In this document: one piece after another, positions 1-10,532 of the stretch | Position numbering within the stretch: position 1 is the first letter of the stretch | How the letters are laid out: the number at the start of each line of letters is the position of its first letter | Origin: an uncultured delta proteobacterium | Lineage (GTDB): Bacteria; Desulfobacterota; Binatia; Binatales; Binataceae | Length of the DNA stretch: 64,000 bases | Direction: 5' to 3' | NCBI GenBank assembly: GCA_963724765.1 | Contig: CAVRVY010000004.1 | Span: forward strand, 1,024,001-1,088,000 | Notes under the pieces: model-generated | What the model was told of the DNA's origin: nothing | Seen by the model: the letters and a program-made list of their open reading frames with translations, nothing else | The model's database searches: none | Position numbers and translations under genes: made by a program

Positions 1-2028
1 GCGACCGCAACTCAAACCAAGGCCCCGGAATCGAATCTCGATCAACTTTGCATCAACTCGATCCGGGTGCTCGCGATCGACGCGGTGCAGAAAGCCAACT
101 CGGGCCATCCCGGGATGCCGATGGGGATGGCGCCAATCGCGTACCTCTTGTGGACGCGCTTCATGCGTTACAACCCGGCCAACCCGCACTGGTTCGGGCG
201 CGACCGTTTCGTGCTCTCGGCCGGGCACGGCTCGATGCTGCTGTACGCGATGCTCTATCTGACCGGCTATGATTTGCCGCTCGAACAGATCAAACATTTC
301 CGCCAACTCGGCAGCATCACGCCCGGCCATCCGGAGTACGGCCTCACGCCCGGCGTCGAGACCACCACCGGGCCGCTCGGCCAGGGCTTCGGCAACGGAA
401 TCGGGATCGCGCTGGCGGCGAAGCATCTGCGCACCCGCTTCGAACGCGACAGCTCAGGACTATTCGACCATCGCGTCTTCGGCATCTGCAGCGACGGCGA
501 CCTGATGGAGGGCGTGGCGAGCGAGGCGGCCTCGATCGCCGGACATCTCGGCCTCGGCAACATCGTCTACGTTTACGACGACAACCACATCACGATCGAC
601 GGTGGCACCGACCTGTCATTCGACGAGAATGTATGCGAGCGCTTCAACGCCTACGGCTGGCATACCCAGGGCGTCGACGACGCCAACGATCTCGCCGCGG
701 TTTCGCGCGCGATCGAAAACGCGATCGCCGAGCAGCACCGTCCCTCGCTCATCCGCGTGCGATCGCATATCGGCTACGGCAGTCCGAACCGCCAGGACAC
801 CTCGAAAGCGCACGGCCAGGCGCTCGGGGTCGAAGAGGTCAAGCTGACCAAGCGCTTCTACGGTTGGCCCGAGGAGCCGGCTTTTTACGTCCCCGATGAG
901 GCGCTCAAGCATTTTCGCGATTGCGGCGCGCGCGGGCGCGAGCATGAATCCGAATGGAACGGCCGCTTCGAGGGTTACGCCAAGGCGCATGCGGGCGAGG
1001 TCGCGGAATTGAAATCGATGCTGGCGGGTGAACTGCCAAGCGGATGGGACGCCGAACTACCGCAGTTCACGCCCAAGGACACGCTGGCCACGCGCGAGTC
1101 GGGTTCACGCGCCGAGCAGGCGATCGCGAAGAAAGTCTGGAACCTGTTCGGCGGCGCGGCCGACCTCAACGAATCAACTTTCGTCGATGTGATCGGCGGC
1201 GGCGAATTCGAGCGCCACGACTATGCGGGACGCAATCTTCACTTCGGCATCCGCGAGCATGGGATGTGCGCGATCTTAAACGGCGTCGCGCTGCACGGCG
1301 GCTTCATCCCTTACGGCTCGAGCTTCCTCATCTTCACCGACTATTGCCGGCCCTCGCTCAGGCTGGCGGCGCTGATGGGTATCCACGTGATTTACGTCTT
1401 CACCCACGATTCGATCGGGCTGGGCGAAGACGGCCCGACCCACCAGCCGGTAGAGCAACTTTCGGGCCTGCGCGCGATCCCGAATTTCACGGTGATTCGG
1501 CCAGGCGACGCCAACGAGGCCGCCGAGGCGTGGCGCGCCGCGATGACGCATCGGGGCGGCCCAGTGCTGCTGGCGCTGAGCCGCCAAAAGCTTCCGACGC
1601 TGGACCGCGCCGCGATGGCGCCGGCGCGCGAACTCGCTCGCGGAGCCTACGTGCTCAACGAGACCAAGGGGCGCGGCGCGGAGATAATTTTGATGGCGAG
1701 CGGGTCCGAGCTGCACCTCGCGGTCGGCGCCGCAAAGGAACTCGAAAAGCGCGGCCACGCGGTGCGCGTGGTCAGCATGCCGAGCATGGAGCTGTTCGAA
1801 AAACAGGAGGCGGCTTATCGCGACTCGGTCCTGCCGCCGTCGATTCGGCGGCGGCTCGCGATCGAAGCGGCCTCGCCGATGTCGTGGTATCGATGGGTCG
1901 GGCTTGAGGGCGACGTGCTCGGGATGACGACCTTCGGCGCCTCGGGCCCGTATCAGGACGTGCTCAAGCACTTCGGCTTCACCGTGGAAAACACGGTGGA
2001 CCGCGCGCTCAAGTTGCTCGCGCGGTGA
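1..2028 (+). CDS. tkt: Transketolase (5' end runs off the window)
   Basis: Frame is open from base 1 (ATATQTKAPESNLDQLCINSIRVLAIDAVQKANSGHPG). Motifs RDRFVLSAGHGS, TTGPLGQG, SDGDLMEG, FGIREH, THDSIGLGEDGPTHQP. Confidence 0.97.
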   Translation, partial: ATATQTKAPESNLDQLCINSIRVLAIDAVQKANSGHPGMPMGMAPIAYLLWTRFMRYNPANPHWFGRDRFVLSAGHGSMLLYAMLYLTGYDLPLEQIKHFRQLGSITPGHPEYGLTPGVETTTGPLGQGFGNGIGIALAAKHLRTRFERDSSGLFDHRVFGICSDGDLMEGVASEAASIAGHLGLGNIVYVYDDNHITIDGGTDLSFDENVCERFNAYGWHTQGVDDANDLAAVSRAIENAIAEQHRPSLIRVRSHIGYGSPNRQDTSKAHGQALGVEEVKLTKRFYGWPEEPAFYVPDEALKHFRDCGARGREHESEWNGRFEGYAKAHAGEVAELKSMLAGELPSGWDAELPQFTPKDTLATRESGSRAEQAIAKKVWNLFGGAADLNESTFVDVIGGGEFERHDYAGRNLHFGIREHGMCAILNGVALHGGFIPYGSSFLIFTDYCRPSLRLAALMGIHVIYVFTHDSIGLGEDGPTHQPVEQLSGLRAIPNFTVIRPGDANEAAEAWRAAMTHRGGPVLLALSRQKLPTLDRAAMAPARELARGAYVLNETKGRGAEIILMASGSELHLAVGAAKELEKRGHAVRVVSMPSMELFEKQEAAYRDSVLPPSIRRRLAIEAASPMSWYRWVGLEGDVLGMTTFGASGPYQDVLKHFGFTVENTVDRALKLLAR

Positions 2029-2114
2029 ACCGGCTATCGGAAACGTCCTGAGAACTATTTCATTTTATCGCAATGAGGGCGTAGTCCGAATCGACATTGC
2101 TGTACGTTGAAGGG

Positions 2115-2319
2115 CCCTCACCCTAGCCCTCCCCGCGTACAACCGCGGGCGAGGGCATGAAAAAGAAGCGGTAGAGAAAGGACGGCGTCGACCGCGCTGG
2201 CCTTTTTGAAATAGCCGATACTGCCAGCGGTGAAGTCACGCGTCAGCAATCAAAACGAACCGCCCGCACCTTTCTGAGCCCTCGCCCACATTATTTGTGG
2301 GAGAGGGTGTCGGTGAGGG
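2115..2319. repeat. Inverted pair of 41-nt REP-like palindromic elements
   Basis: 2115-2155 is ccctcaccctagccctccccgcgtacaaccgcgggcgaggg. The reverse complement of 2279-2319 is ccctcaccgacaccctctcccacaaataatgtgggcgaggg. Each has an internal hairpin. Confidence 0.75.
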
Positions 2320-2410
2320 TCCATTGTTGTTCAGCGCGCTGGCGCGGGTGGCGCGCTTTGCGCTAGTTTTCTTGTAACGTCCACTTCACTTGTGACGCCC
2401 ACTTTATCGG

Positions 2411-3160
2411 ATGGTCATGGCCGAACCGAAGCTCATCATCCTGGACGACGCGCAGTCGCTCTACGTGCACGCGGCGGAGGAGATCGCGCACTTTGCCGGC
2501 GAAGCAATCTGCATGCACGCCGAATTCACGTTATGCCTTACCGGCGGATCGACCCCCGCAACAACTTATGAACTGTTGGCCGAGCGCTTCCGCCTGAGCG
2601 TCGATTGGAAAGAGGTGCAGCTCTTCTGGGGCGACGAGCGATGCGTCCCGCCGCAGGACCCGGCGAGCAATTTCGGGATGGCCAACCGCACCATGCTGAG
2701 CCGTCTCGGCCTGGGACCCGATCAGATTCATCGGATGCGCGGCGAAGACCCGCCCGAGCAGGCCGCGCTCGCCTACGAGCAAGAGTTGAGGGCGTCCTTC
2801 GGGATCGATGAGGGCGAATTTCCGCGCTTCAACCTGACGCTGCTCGGCCTGGGCGACAACGTCCACGTCGCGTCGCTATTTCCCGGCCATCCGGCGCTCC
2901 ACGAGCGCGAGCGTATCGCGGTCGCGGTCGAGGTCGACGCTCCGCAGCGCCATCGCGTGACGCTCACGCCGCCCGTGCTCAACAACTCGGCCCGCGTGAT
3001 GTTCCTGGTCGAAGGCGAGGGCAAGGCGGCGGCGGTAAAGAGCGCGCTCGAGGGTCCGCGCGACCCCGACCGCTTTCCCGCGCAAATCATCGACCCGCCC
3101 CACGGCGAGGTCATCTGGCTGCTCGACCGCGCGGCCGCCTCCCTGCTCTCGCACACCTGA
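2411..3160 (+). CDS. pgl: 6-phosphogluconolactonase
   Basis: Motifs [41 protein letters not shown]; follows tkt. Confidence 0.93.
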   Translation: MVMAEPKLIILDDAQSLYVHAAEEIAHFAGEAICMHAEFTLCLTGGSTPATTYELLAERFRLSVDWKEVQLFWGDERCVPPQDPASNFGMANRTMLSRLGLGPDQIHRMRGEDPPEQAALAYEQELRASFGIDEGEFPRFNLTLLGLGDNVHVASLFPGHPALHERERIAVAVEVDAPQRHRVTLTPPVLNNSARVMFLVEGEGKAAAVKSALEGPRDPDRFPAQIIDPPHGEVIWLLDRAAASLLSHT

Positions 3161-3238
3161 CTCTGCTGGCGTACGGCCCTGCCGACGCCCGAGACAGCGC
3201 TGAAGGTCGTCTCGACAGTCCCGCGCGGCTAACGCACA

Positions 3239-3886
3239 ATGATGAACATGGGATTCATTTCGCGCCACACGATCGGAGTCCTGGTCGTCCTGGTGATCGC
3301 GGGTTGGGCGCTGTTTTACGTTCCGACCACGCCGTCCTACGCCGTCTACCAGCTCAAACAGGCGATCGATGCGCGCGACGGCGCGACCGCTGCGACCTTC
3401 GTCGACTTTTCCAGTGTAGTCAAGAACGCCGGCTACGAGATGCTGCAGCAGAACTCGAAAGCCAACGATGTCATCACCGCGCTGGTCGGCAAGGGCGCGG
3501 TCGACCTGCTGAGCGCGCCGATGGCCGCCGGAGTGCAGCAATGGGCCACGCAACAGGTGAACAGCGGCGCCAGGCAGGTGCAGATGCCGGCCGGAGCCGT
3601 GGCGGCCGCAATCGTGCTGCTCCATCATTCGGACGATGCGGCGTGGACCGATTTCCGCGACGACAAGGGCGTGCAATGGAACATCCGCATGGCGCGCGAG
3701 AACGGCCGCTGGCGAATTGTCGAGGTCAAGAACGTCCAGCAACTCCTGCAGCACTTTCAGCAGCAAAAGGGGATGGGCGGTCCATCGGCAACGCCGCCGG
3801 ACACAGGTGCTCCGGGCGCCGCGCCCCCTGAGGCCGCGCCCCCTGAGGCCGCGCCTCCAGGTGGCGGCGCATCTACATCCCCCTAG
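3239..3886 (+). CDS. DUF2939-like membrane-anchored protein with Pro/Ala-rich tail
   Basis: N-terminal TM, then [28 protein letters not shown] 15-bp tandem repeat (gccgcgccccctgag, 3818-3856) encodes AAPPE units. Confidence 0.6.
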   Translation: MMNMGFISRHTIGVLVVLVIAGWALFYVPTTPSYAVYQLKQAIDARDGATAATFVDFSSVVKNAGYEMLQQNSKANDVITALVGKGAVDLLSAPMAAGVQQWATQQVNSGARQVQMPAGAVAAAIVLLHHSDDAAWTDFRDDKGVQWNIRMARENGRWRIVEVKNVQQLLQHFQQQKGMGGPSATPPDTGAPGAAPPEAAPPEAAPPGGGASTSP

Positions 3887-3920
3887 CCTTGCTCTACGAT
3901 CGCCCTGGTCTTGCTCTCCA

Positions 3921-4102
3921 GTTTTGATTTTCGTGATCAGCAGCGACACCTGCACCGGCGCCACGCTTAACGCGAAGCAAAGCTGCACGGTCGAGGTCGC
4001 GTTTAGTCCGACGGAACGGCAGGCCGGGTGAAGAGCCAGCTTACGGTGACCACCGACGCCCAGGGCCAGCACGCACCCCTTTCCGGCGACGCAACTCCCT
4101 GA
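3921..4102 (+). pseudogene. Frameshifted remnant of a choice-of-anchor D / ASH Ig-like domain
   Basis: [29 protein letters not shown], then a -1 shift near 4015 continues [28 protein letters not shown]-stop. No start codon or N-terminus. Confidence 0.6.
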
Positions 4103-4319
4103 CCCACGCGCAGTGTGCCGCGTCCGTAACGAGTTTGCGGGCGCGGCGCACTGGCGCACCGGCCGCGCCACAAGAACGCGAGCCGGCGCACGACCCGGTG
4201 CAATCGACAATACGGCGTTAACAATCGTGCCGCGGGGCGCGTTTACAGGGCGGGCGACGGCAGCTACACTGGAACCTGGCGCGGCCGCCTCGGCCGCGCC
4301 GTTTAATATCAGTCCCCCA

Positions 4320-6176
4320 ATGCGACGACAGGATATCCGCAATATCGCCATCGTGGCCCACGTCGACCACGGTAAAACCACTTTGGTTGACGCGCTGCTG
4401 CGCCAGTCGGGCGTCTTCCGCGCCAACGAACATGTTGCCGAGCGGGTGATGGATTCGTTCGCGCTCGAGCGGGAGCGCGGCATCACCATCATGGCCAAGA
4501 ACACGTCGATCGCCTGGCATGACGTGCGCATCAATATCGTCGATACGCCCGGTCACTCCGACTTCGGCGGAGAGGTGGAACGCACGCTCGCGATGGTCGA
4601 CGGCATTTTGTTGCTGGTCGACGCCTCCGAGGGGCCATTGCCGCAGACCCGCTTCGTGCTACGCAAAGCGCTCGAGGCCGGCCTCTCCACAGTGCTCTGC
4701 ATCAACAAGATCGACCGCCCCGACGCACGTCCGGCCGAGGTGCTCGACGAGGTTTACGACCTGTTCATCGACCTCGGCGCCAACGAAGACCAGCTCGATT
4801 TTCCGATTCTCTATACCAATGCCCGCGCGGGCATCGCCTTCACCCGGCCCGGCGGCACGGGCGAAAACCTTGCGCCGCTGTTCGAGGCCATCATCAGCCA
4901 TCTACCGGGACCCGAGGTCGACCCCGAAGCGCCGTTGCAATTCCAGGCCAACAACATTGACTACGACGAATACGTAGGACGCCTGGCGATCGGCCGGGTG
5001 GTCGCGGGCACGATCAACGCGGGTGGAACGTACGCGCTGTGTCGCGCCGACGGGTCGCGTGAGTCGTGCAAGGTGGCGCATCTCTACGGATGGCGCGGGC
5101 TGAAGCGGGCCGAGCTGTCATCGGCTGACGCGGGCGACGTGGTGATGGTGGCGGGGCTCGAGGACATCGAGATCGGCGAGACCATCACCGATCCTGAAAA
5201 TCCGCGGCCGCTTCCCGGCATCAGAATCGACGAACCGACCGTGGCGATGACCTTTTCGGTCAACAACGCGCCGTGGGCCGGACGCGAGGGGCAGTTCGTC
5301 ACTTCGCGCAAACTGGGAGCGCGGATCGAGCTCGAAACGCGCCGCAACGTGAGCATTCGCGTCGAGCCGTCGGGCGCGGATTCGTGGCGCGTGCTGGGGC
5401 GCGGCGAGCTGGCGCTGGCGGTGATCGTCGAGACGATGCGCCGCGAGGGTTACGAGCTGCAGGTCTCCAAGCCGACCGTCGTAACTCGCAGCTCTGGCGG
5501 CGAGCTGCTCGAGCCGATGGAATTTCTGGTGATCGACATTCCCGAAGAGCACATCGGGCTCGTGACCCAGCTCCTCTCCGCGCGCAAGGGCCGGATGCGC
5601 ACCATGACGACGCATCAGAGCGGCCGGGTGCGGCTGGAGTACGACGTTCCGGCGCGCGGGCTGATTGGCTTTCGCGGGCGCTTCCTCGCCGATACGCGCG
5701 GGACCGGAGTGATGCACTCGGTGTTCAACGGCTATGCGCCATGGTGCGGCGCGATTCGCTCGCGCCAAAACGGCGCGATGATCTCCGATCGCGAAGGGAT
5801 CGCGACTCCCTACGCCATTTTTCATCTCCAGGAGCGCGGGATCTTCTTCATCCCGGCCGGCGAGCCGGTGTACGAGGGCATGATCCTCGGCGAATATGCG
5901 CGCGAGACCAACCTGCCGGTCAACGTATGCCGTGAAAAAAAGCTCACCAACATACGCGCCGCCGGGCATGACGAGGCCGTGCGGCTGAGCCCGCCGCGGC
6001 TGATGACGCTCGACACGGCGCTTGAGTGGATCGACGAAGAAGAACTGGTCGAGCTCACGCCGCGCTCGGTCCGGTTGCGCAATCGTGTGCTCAAAACCGG
6101 GCTGCGCGGCAAGCATCGCGCGGGCTGGCTTGAGACCGCCGGGGCCGGCGCGGCCGAAGCCGCCGAAAGCGAATAA
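4320..6176 (+). CDS. typA: Translational GTPase TypA/BipA
   Basis: ATG 4320 [24 protein letters not shown]; [39 protein letters not shown]. Confidence 0.96.
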   Translation: MRRQDIRNIAIVAHVDHGKTTLVDALLRQSGVFRANEHVAERVMDSFALERERGITIMAKNTSIAWHDVRINIVDTPGHSDFGGEVERTLAMVDGILLLVDASEGPLPQTRFVLRKALEAGLSTVLCINKIDRPDARPAEVLDEVYDLFIDLGANEDQLDFPILYTNARAGIAFTRPGGTGENLAPLFEAIISHLPGPEVDPEAPLQFQANNIDYDEYVGRLAIGRVVAGTINAGGTYALCRADGSRESCKVAHLYGWRGLKRAELSSADAGDVVMVAGLEDIEIGETITDPENPRPLPGIRIDEPTVAMTFSVNNAPWAGREGQFVTSRKLGARIELETRRNVSIRVEPSGADSWRVLGRGELALAVIVETMRREGYELQVSKPTVVTRSSGGELLEPMEFLVIDIPEEHIGLVTQLLSARKGRMRTMTTHQSGRVRLEYDVPARGLIGFRGRFLADTRGTGVMHSVFNGYAPWCGAIRSRQNGAMISDREGIATPYAIFHLQERGIFFIPAGEPVYEGMILGEYARETNLPVNVCREKKLTNIRAAGHDEAVRLSPPRLMTLDTALEWIDEEELVELTPRSVRLRNRVLKTGLRGKHRAGWLETAGAGAAEAAESE

Positions 6177-6260
6177 GTCTCGCGCGCGCTCGGCCGGTTT
6201 TAGTTGCCGCGGCAGACGCTTAAGTTCTAGACGCGTCATAGGTTCAAGACCGGGTTCCGG

Positions 6261-9200
6261 ATGAGACTTGTGCGCGCCGCCGCGATCGCCCTGCTCTTTC
6301 TCGCCGCGATGCTGTTGGTGGCGGCTGCGGTCGTGGTGCACAACCAGGCGCGCCTCATCAACCTGGTCCTCCAGCACATTCAGGAACGCAGCGGTTACCA
6401 GATTGTCGCCAGTGACGCGCGGCTGCACGTCGGCACGCATCTTAGTGTATTCCTCGAGCATCCGAGCATCCTGCACGACGGGCGCGAGCTGATACGTTCC
6501 GAGCGCGTCCGCGTCTACCTGAGCTACCACGCGCTCATCTGGAACAACGGGCTGCCGCTGCGCGCGTTGGTAATCGTGCGTCCGGAGTTGCGTGCCCCCG
6601 CCACCTCGGCCGCACTCGGCCCCCAGCTGCTGCCACGTCCTGACACCGCGGCGGTGCGGGCGGTGGCGCAGGAGTTTCGCGAGTTCTCCGGTCTCGTCGA
6701 GCGCGTCACGATTGCCGATGCCCGAGTCAGCGACGCCGCCGGCCAGCCGCTGTTGGAAAAGTTCTCGATGACAGCGGCGCCGCGGCGCAGGCACGCGAAG
6801 ATCTGGAATATCGGCTTCTTCGCGCCGCAGGTTCACACAGCGCTGAGTGGGCTCGAACTAAGCGGCCGGATGAGCATCGACACCGTTCCGCACGCCACCG
6901 GTCAGACCCTCTCTGACGGCGAACTGTGGTTCTGGAACGGGCGGCTTAAGCGCGACGCTGGCGCCGGGGTGACGGTCAATGGACTGGTCCATGGCGACGC
7001 GACCTTCGCGTTGCGCGACAACGGCGAGCTTGACGGTCGCGGCAACGTCGCGATCGACCAGTTCGGAGCCAGCGGTACGCGCCTGGGCAAGCCGATCGAT
7101 CTGGGCAACTGCTCGCTCAAAACGATCTACGCCGTTTCCACCGCACGAATAGCCCTGGTCGACGTGGAAACGCGCGTGGGAAAGTCGACCGCCGCTTCCG
7201 GCGACGTCACGCTCAACGATCCGTTCAAGGCGAACGCAACGCTCCTCGCGCATCTGAACGCTGTTGAAATCGACCTCGCCACGCTCAAGGCGCGGCTCGA
7301 TACGACACGCGCCCTGCCCAAGCCGCTGGCCTGGCTGGCGGCCGCGCTTATCTCGGGGCGGGTGACGGTCGATGGAGCGACGTATCGGGGCGAGTTGCGG
7401 AACCTCGCATGGAGTGCGGCGTCGCTATCGAAGGCGTTGCAGCTCTCGGTTCGCCTCGACGCCGTGAGCCTGAAGCTGTCCAACACGGCGGCCCTGCCGG
7501 CGCTATCGCGGGCGAACGCACAATTGTCCTACGCGAAGGGGCGCGTGACGCTTGCGCAAGGATCGGCGGCGTTGGGACGTTCGTCGTTTGAGCAGCTTAG
7601 CGGCAGCGCCGATTTCGGATCCGGCCATCGGCAGTTGCGCTATCAGCTCAAGGCCACCGGCACGCTCGACCTCGATGAACTCTACCCGGCTGCGATGCAG
7701 CTTTCTCCGGCCCTTGCAGCCAAGGCCGCCAAGCATATAGACCGGCTGTCCGGCAACGCGACGGTACGGGTCACCGCGTCGGGATCCCTCGATACCGAAG
7801 CGCCCGCGCCGCCCGCAAAATACCTGGCGAAAGTCGACACCAGCGGTGTGAACCTGACCGCCAGGGATTTGCCGCAGCCGATCGCGCTGGTCGGCGGCAG
7901 CGTGACGCTTACGCCGGGCAATATCGAGCTCAGCCGCGTGATGGCCGCGGTCGCTAAGCCCAAAGTGCCGGGCGACGTCTCGGTTAACGGAAATCTCGCG
8001 TTCGCTGGCGGAAAGATTAGCCTGCGCCAAATCGCCGTCGAGCTGCATCAGATCGATGTACAGCAATGGCTGCCGCTGATAGTCGATCCTGATGATATCG
8101 CGGCGCGCGGGCCGCTCGGCGGCACGCTTACGATCGTGCGCGAGCCGAGCCGCAGCCACGGCATCCGCGCCAACGGCCGGCTAACGATGGGCGCGGGCGA
8201 GGTCCAGCTGGGCTTTCTGCGCGCACCGATCGTGGCGCAATCGGCGACGCTCAGCTTCGACGGCCGCGGACTGCTGCTGGCGATCGTCGGAGCAAAGCTG
8301 CAGGGCGCGCCGTTCGATTTCTCGCTCGGTGTCGCAGACCTCGACAAACCCGTGCTCAGAATCGTCGCGAACGCCGGGCGGCTTGACCTCGAAGTGATGA
8401 AGTTCATCCGCCTGCCGTGGGCTCCCAGCCCTCCCGCGAATTTTTTTCCGGTGCCAGTGGTCGGTCATATCGAGGCCGCCCATGCGAGGCTCGAGCGCCT
8501 GACGATGTCGCGCGCGAGATGTGACTTCAATCGCGAGCTGAACGGCGACTGGAGCGTGCGTAATTTCACCGCCACCATGTTCGACGGGCACGCCGAAATG
8601 GAGTTCTCCGGACGCGGCCGCGACGACTGGATTAACGTCAAGGGCCGCCTCAACGGAGTTCTGGTCGGGCCGCTTTTCACGCTCGCAGATCCGGCCGCTC
8701 AGCCGCCGCTCAACGGCCGGCTCAAGGCAACGGGCGACCTGTGGGCCAACTCCAACACCGATTTCTTCAACACGCTGGCGGGAACCTTGTCATTCGAAGT
8801 AACCGACGGCGTGCTGCACAAATTCGCGCTGCTCTCGCGCATCCTGGGTCTCGTCGATCTCAAGACCTGGCTCTCGGCCAAGGTGCCTGACCCACGCGTC
8901 AACGGAGTTCCATTTCAGACGCTGACAGCCGACTTCAAGGGCCGCGACGGCGAGTTCTACAGCGACAACCTGCTCCTGCGCGGCCCGGTGATGAACATTT
9001 CGGCGCTCGGGCACATGCGTCTGGCCGACAGCCACGTCGATATGCAGGTCGGCATGGTGCCGTTCAAGACGGTTAACTGGCTGGTGGCTAAAGTGCCGCT
9101 AATCGGCGGCGGACTCTCCAGCGACCACTTTGTCGCAGCCTACTTCCACGTCACTGGCCCGCTCAGCAATCCTCGTGTCGTTCCCCAGCCGATAACTTCG

Positions 9201-9284
9201 GTGGCGTATTTTCTGACCAACGTGCTCAAGCTCCCGCTCAATATCATCAAAGGGATCGGCCACAATGGGGGCAGCGGAAACTGA
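6261..9284 (+). CDS. AsmA-like / YhdP-family envelope protein
   Basis: N-terminal TM anchor, long beta-rich body, AsmA-like C-terminus (KVPLIGG...AAYFHVTGPLSNPRV). Confidence 0.75.
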   Translation: MRLVRAAAIALLFLAAMLLVAAAVVVHNQARLINLVLQHIQERSGYQIVASDARLHVGTHLSVFLEHPSILHDGRELIRSERVRVYLSYHALIWNNGLPLRALVIVRPELRAPATSAALGPQLLPRPDTAAVRAVAQEFREFSGLVERVTIADARVSDAAGQPLLEKFSMTAAPRRRHAKIWNIGFFAPQVHTALSGLELSGRMSIDTVPHATGQTLSDGELWFWNGRLKRDAGAGVTVNGLVHGDATFALRDNGELDGRGNVAIDQFGASGTRLGKPIDLGNCSLKTIYAVSTARIALVDVETRVGKSTAASGDVTLNDPFKANATLLAHLNAVEIDLATLKARLDTTRALPKPLAWLAAALISGRVTVDGATYRGELRNLAWSAASLSKALQLSVRLDAVSLKLSNTAALPALSRANAQLSYAKGRVTLAQGSAALGRSSFEQLSGSADFGSGHRQLRYQLKATGTLDLDELYPAAMQLSPALAAKAAKHIDRLSGNATVRVTASGSLDTEAPAPPAKYLAKVDTSGVNLTARDLPQPIALVGGSVTLTPGNIELSRVMAAVAKPKVPGDVSVNGNLAFAGGKISLRQIAVELHQIDVQQWLPLIVDPDDIAARGPLGGTLTIVREPSRSHGIRANGRLTMGAGEVQLGFLRAPIVAQSATLSFDGRGLLLAIVGAKLQGAPFDFSLGVADLDKPVLRIVANAGRLDLEVMKFIRLPWAPSPPANFFPVPVVGHIEAAHARLERLTMSRARCDFNRELNGDWSVRNFTATMFDGHAEMEFSGRGRDDWINVKGRLNGVLVGPLFTLADPAAQPPLNGRLKATGDLWANSNTDFFNTLAGTLSFEVTDGVLHKFALLSRILGLVDLKTWLSAKVPDPRVNGVPFQTLTADFKGRDGEFYSDNLLLRGPVMNISALGHMRLADSHVDMQVGMVPFKTVNWLVAKVPLIGGGLSSDHFVAAYFHVTGPLSNPRVVPQPITSVAYFLTNVLKLPLNIIKGIGHNGGSGN

Positions 9285-9355
9285 GTGGCGCGATGCGCTC
9301 GCGCGACACCGTCTCGGCGCTAGCTAAGCCGCGGCCTGCCGTGCGCTCGCGAGCG

Positions 9356-10120
9356 ATGGCCGGATCGATCCGTAACATTACTCTGCGCAGCGTTACTCTG
9401 ATCGTCTTTTGCCGCGAGCCGCTCCCGGGCCATACCAAAACCCGGCTCATCCCGCGCCTGGGCGCCGCCAATGCGGCCGCGCTGGCCGGCGCTTTCATCC
9501 TCGATGCGCTGGCCAAATGCCGCGCGCTTGCTCCCGGGCGAATCGTGATCGCCGGCAGCGCGCCGAACGGGGCCGAAAACAGCCGCTACCTGCGCCGCGC
9601 CGCGCACCGCTTCGGTGCTGAACTCGTCGATCAGGGCACCGGAAACCTCGGCGCGCGGATGGCGCGGGCGCTCGAGCCGTATCGCGCCGGTGGCGCGGTG
9701 CTCTTTGGCACCGACACGCCGTCGCTGCCGCCGCGGCTGATTGGGCGAAGCGTCGCGTTGCTGGCGCGCGCCCCGGTGGTGATCGCGCCCAGCCTCGACG
9801 GCGGATATTACCTGGTAGGCGTGCGCGGCCCGATGCCGGAGATCTTTCGCGCGATCGCCTGGGGACGCTCCAACGTGCTGCGCGAAACCGTCGCGCGACT
9901 GCGCCGCGGCGGCACGCGCTACGCGCTCGGCCCCGCGTGGTACGACGTCGATCGCTGGAGCGACGTCGCGTTGCTTGCCGCACATCTGGAGGGGATGCAG
10001 ATGCGCGCCGCCTCAAGCGCGAGGCGGCGCCGCGATGCGCAACCGCCCTCGCCGTCTCATCCGTGTCCCGCGACCGCGAGAGTTCTGCAGCGGCTTGGAC
10101 TGTTGCGCGCGGGCCGCTAG
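9356..10120 (+). CDS. DUF2064 / TIGR04282-family nucleotide-diphospho-sugar transferase-fold protein
   Basis: Motifs PLPGHTKTRL, QGTGNLGARM, GTDTP, PSLDGGYYLVG, WYDVD. Start uncertain (9293 or 9356). Confidence 0.8.
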   Translation: MAGSIRNITLRSVTLIVFCREPLPGHTKTRLIPRLGAANAAALAGAFILDALAKCRALAPGRIVIAGSAPNGAENSRYLRRAAHRFGAELVDQGTGNLGARMARALEPYRAGGAVLFGTDTPSLPPRLIGRSVALLARAPVVIAPSLDGGYYLVGVRGPMPEIFRAIAWGRSNVLRETVARLRRGGTRYALGPAWYDVDRWSDVALLAAHLEGMQMRAASSARRRRDAQPPSPSHPCPATARVLQRLGLLRAGR

Positions 10121-10132
10121 AGTACCAGCGCT

Positions 10133-10519
10133 GTGCCCGCGTCGGAGACGAGAATCGTGTTGGTCACGGCCGGCACCGAACGGCAGGCGCGCGCGATTGC
10201 GCGAGCGCTGGTCGATGATCGTTTGGCGGCATGCGTCAATATCGTTGGACCGATACGCTCGGTGTACCGATGGGGCGACGCGGTCGAGGACGAGCCAGAA
10301 TTTCTCCTGCTCATCAAGACCCGCGCAAGCCTGCTCGGCCGCGTGGAGAGCCGTGTGATCGAACTGCACAGCTACGAGGTTCCCGAAGTGCTGGTGCTTG
10401 CGCCGAGCGACGGCTCGGCACCCTACCTCGCATGGCTCCTCGAATCGACCGAGTCGAAACCGGTGCGTGCCAAGGCGGGCGTAACACGCGGGCGGGGTAG
10501 ACGCGGCAGACACGAATAG
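10133..10519 (+). CDS. cutA: Divalent-cation tolerance protein CutA
   Basis: Motifs LAACVNI, SVYRW, LLIKT, HSYEVPEV. Confidence 0.93.
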   Translation: MPASETRIVLVTAGTERQARAIARALVDDRLAACVNIVGPIRSVYRWGDAVEDEPEFLLLIKTRASLLGRVESRVIELHSYEVPEVLVLAPSDGSAPYLAWLLESTESKPVRAKAGVTRGRGRRGRHE

Positions 10520-10532
10520 AGACACGCGCGCG

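Noticed and set aside
4113-4319. N-terminal extensions in the ORF track (typA, tetR 20293, boxB 50128, CoA-transferase 57473, methyltransferase 35933)
   Set aside because: Family homology and RBS positions indicate later starts; the extensions overlap other genes or look non-coding.
2876-4534. 552-aa minus-strand ORF (likewise 5118-6836, 14527-16416, 33380-34939, 50404-51717)
   Set aside because: Antisense shadows of well-supported genes, expected in high-GC DNA; no recognisable motifs.
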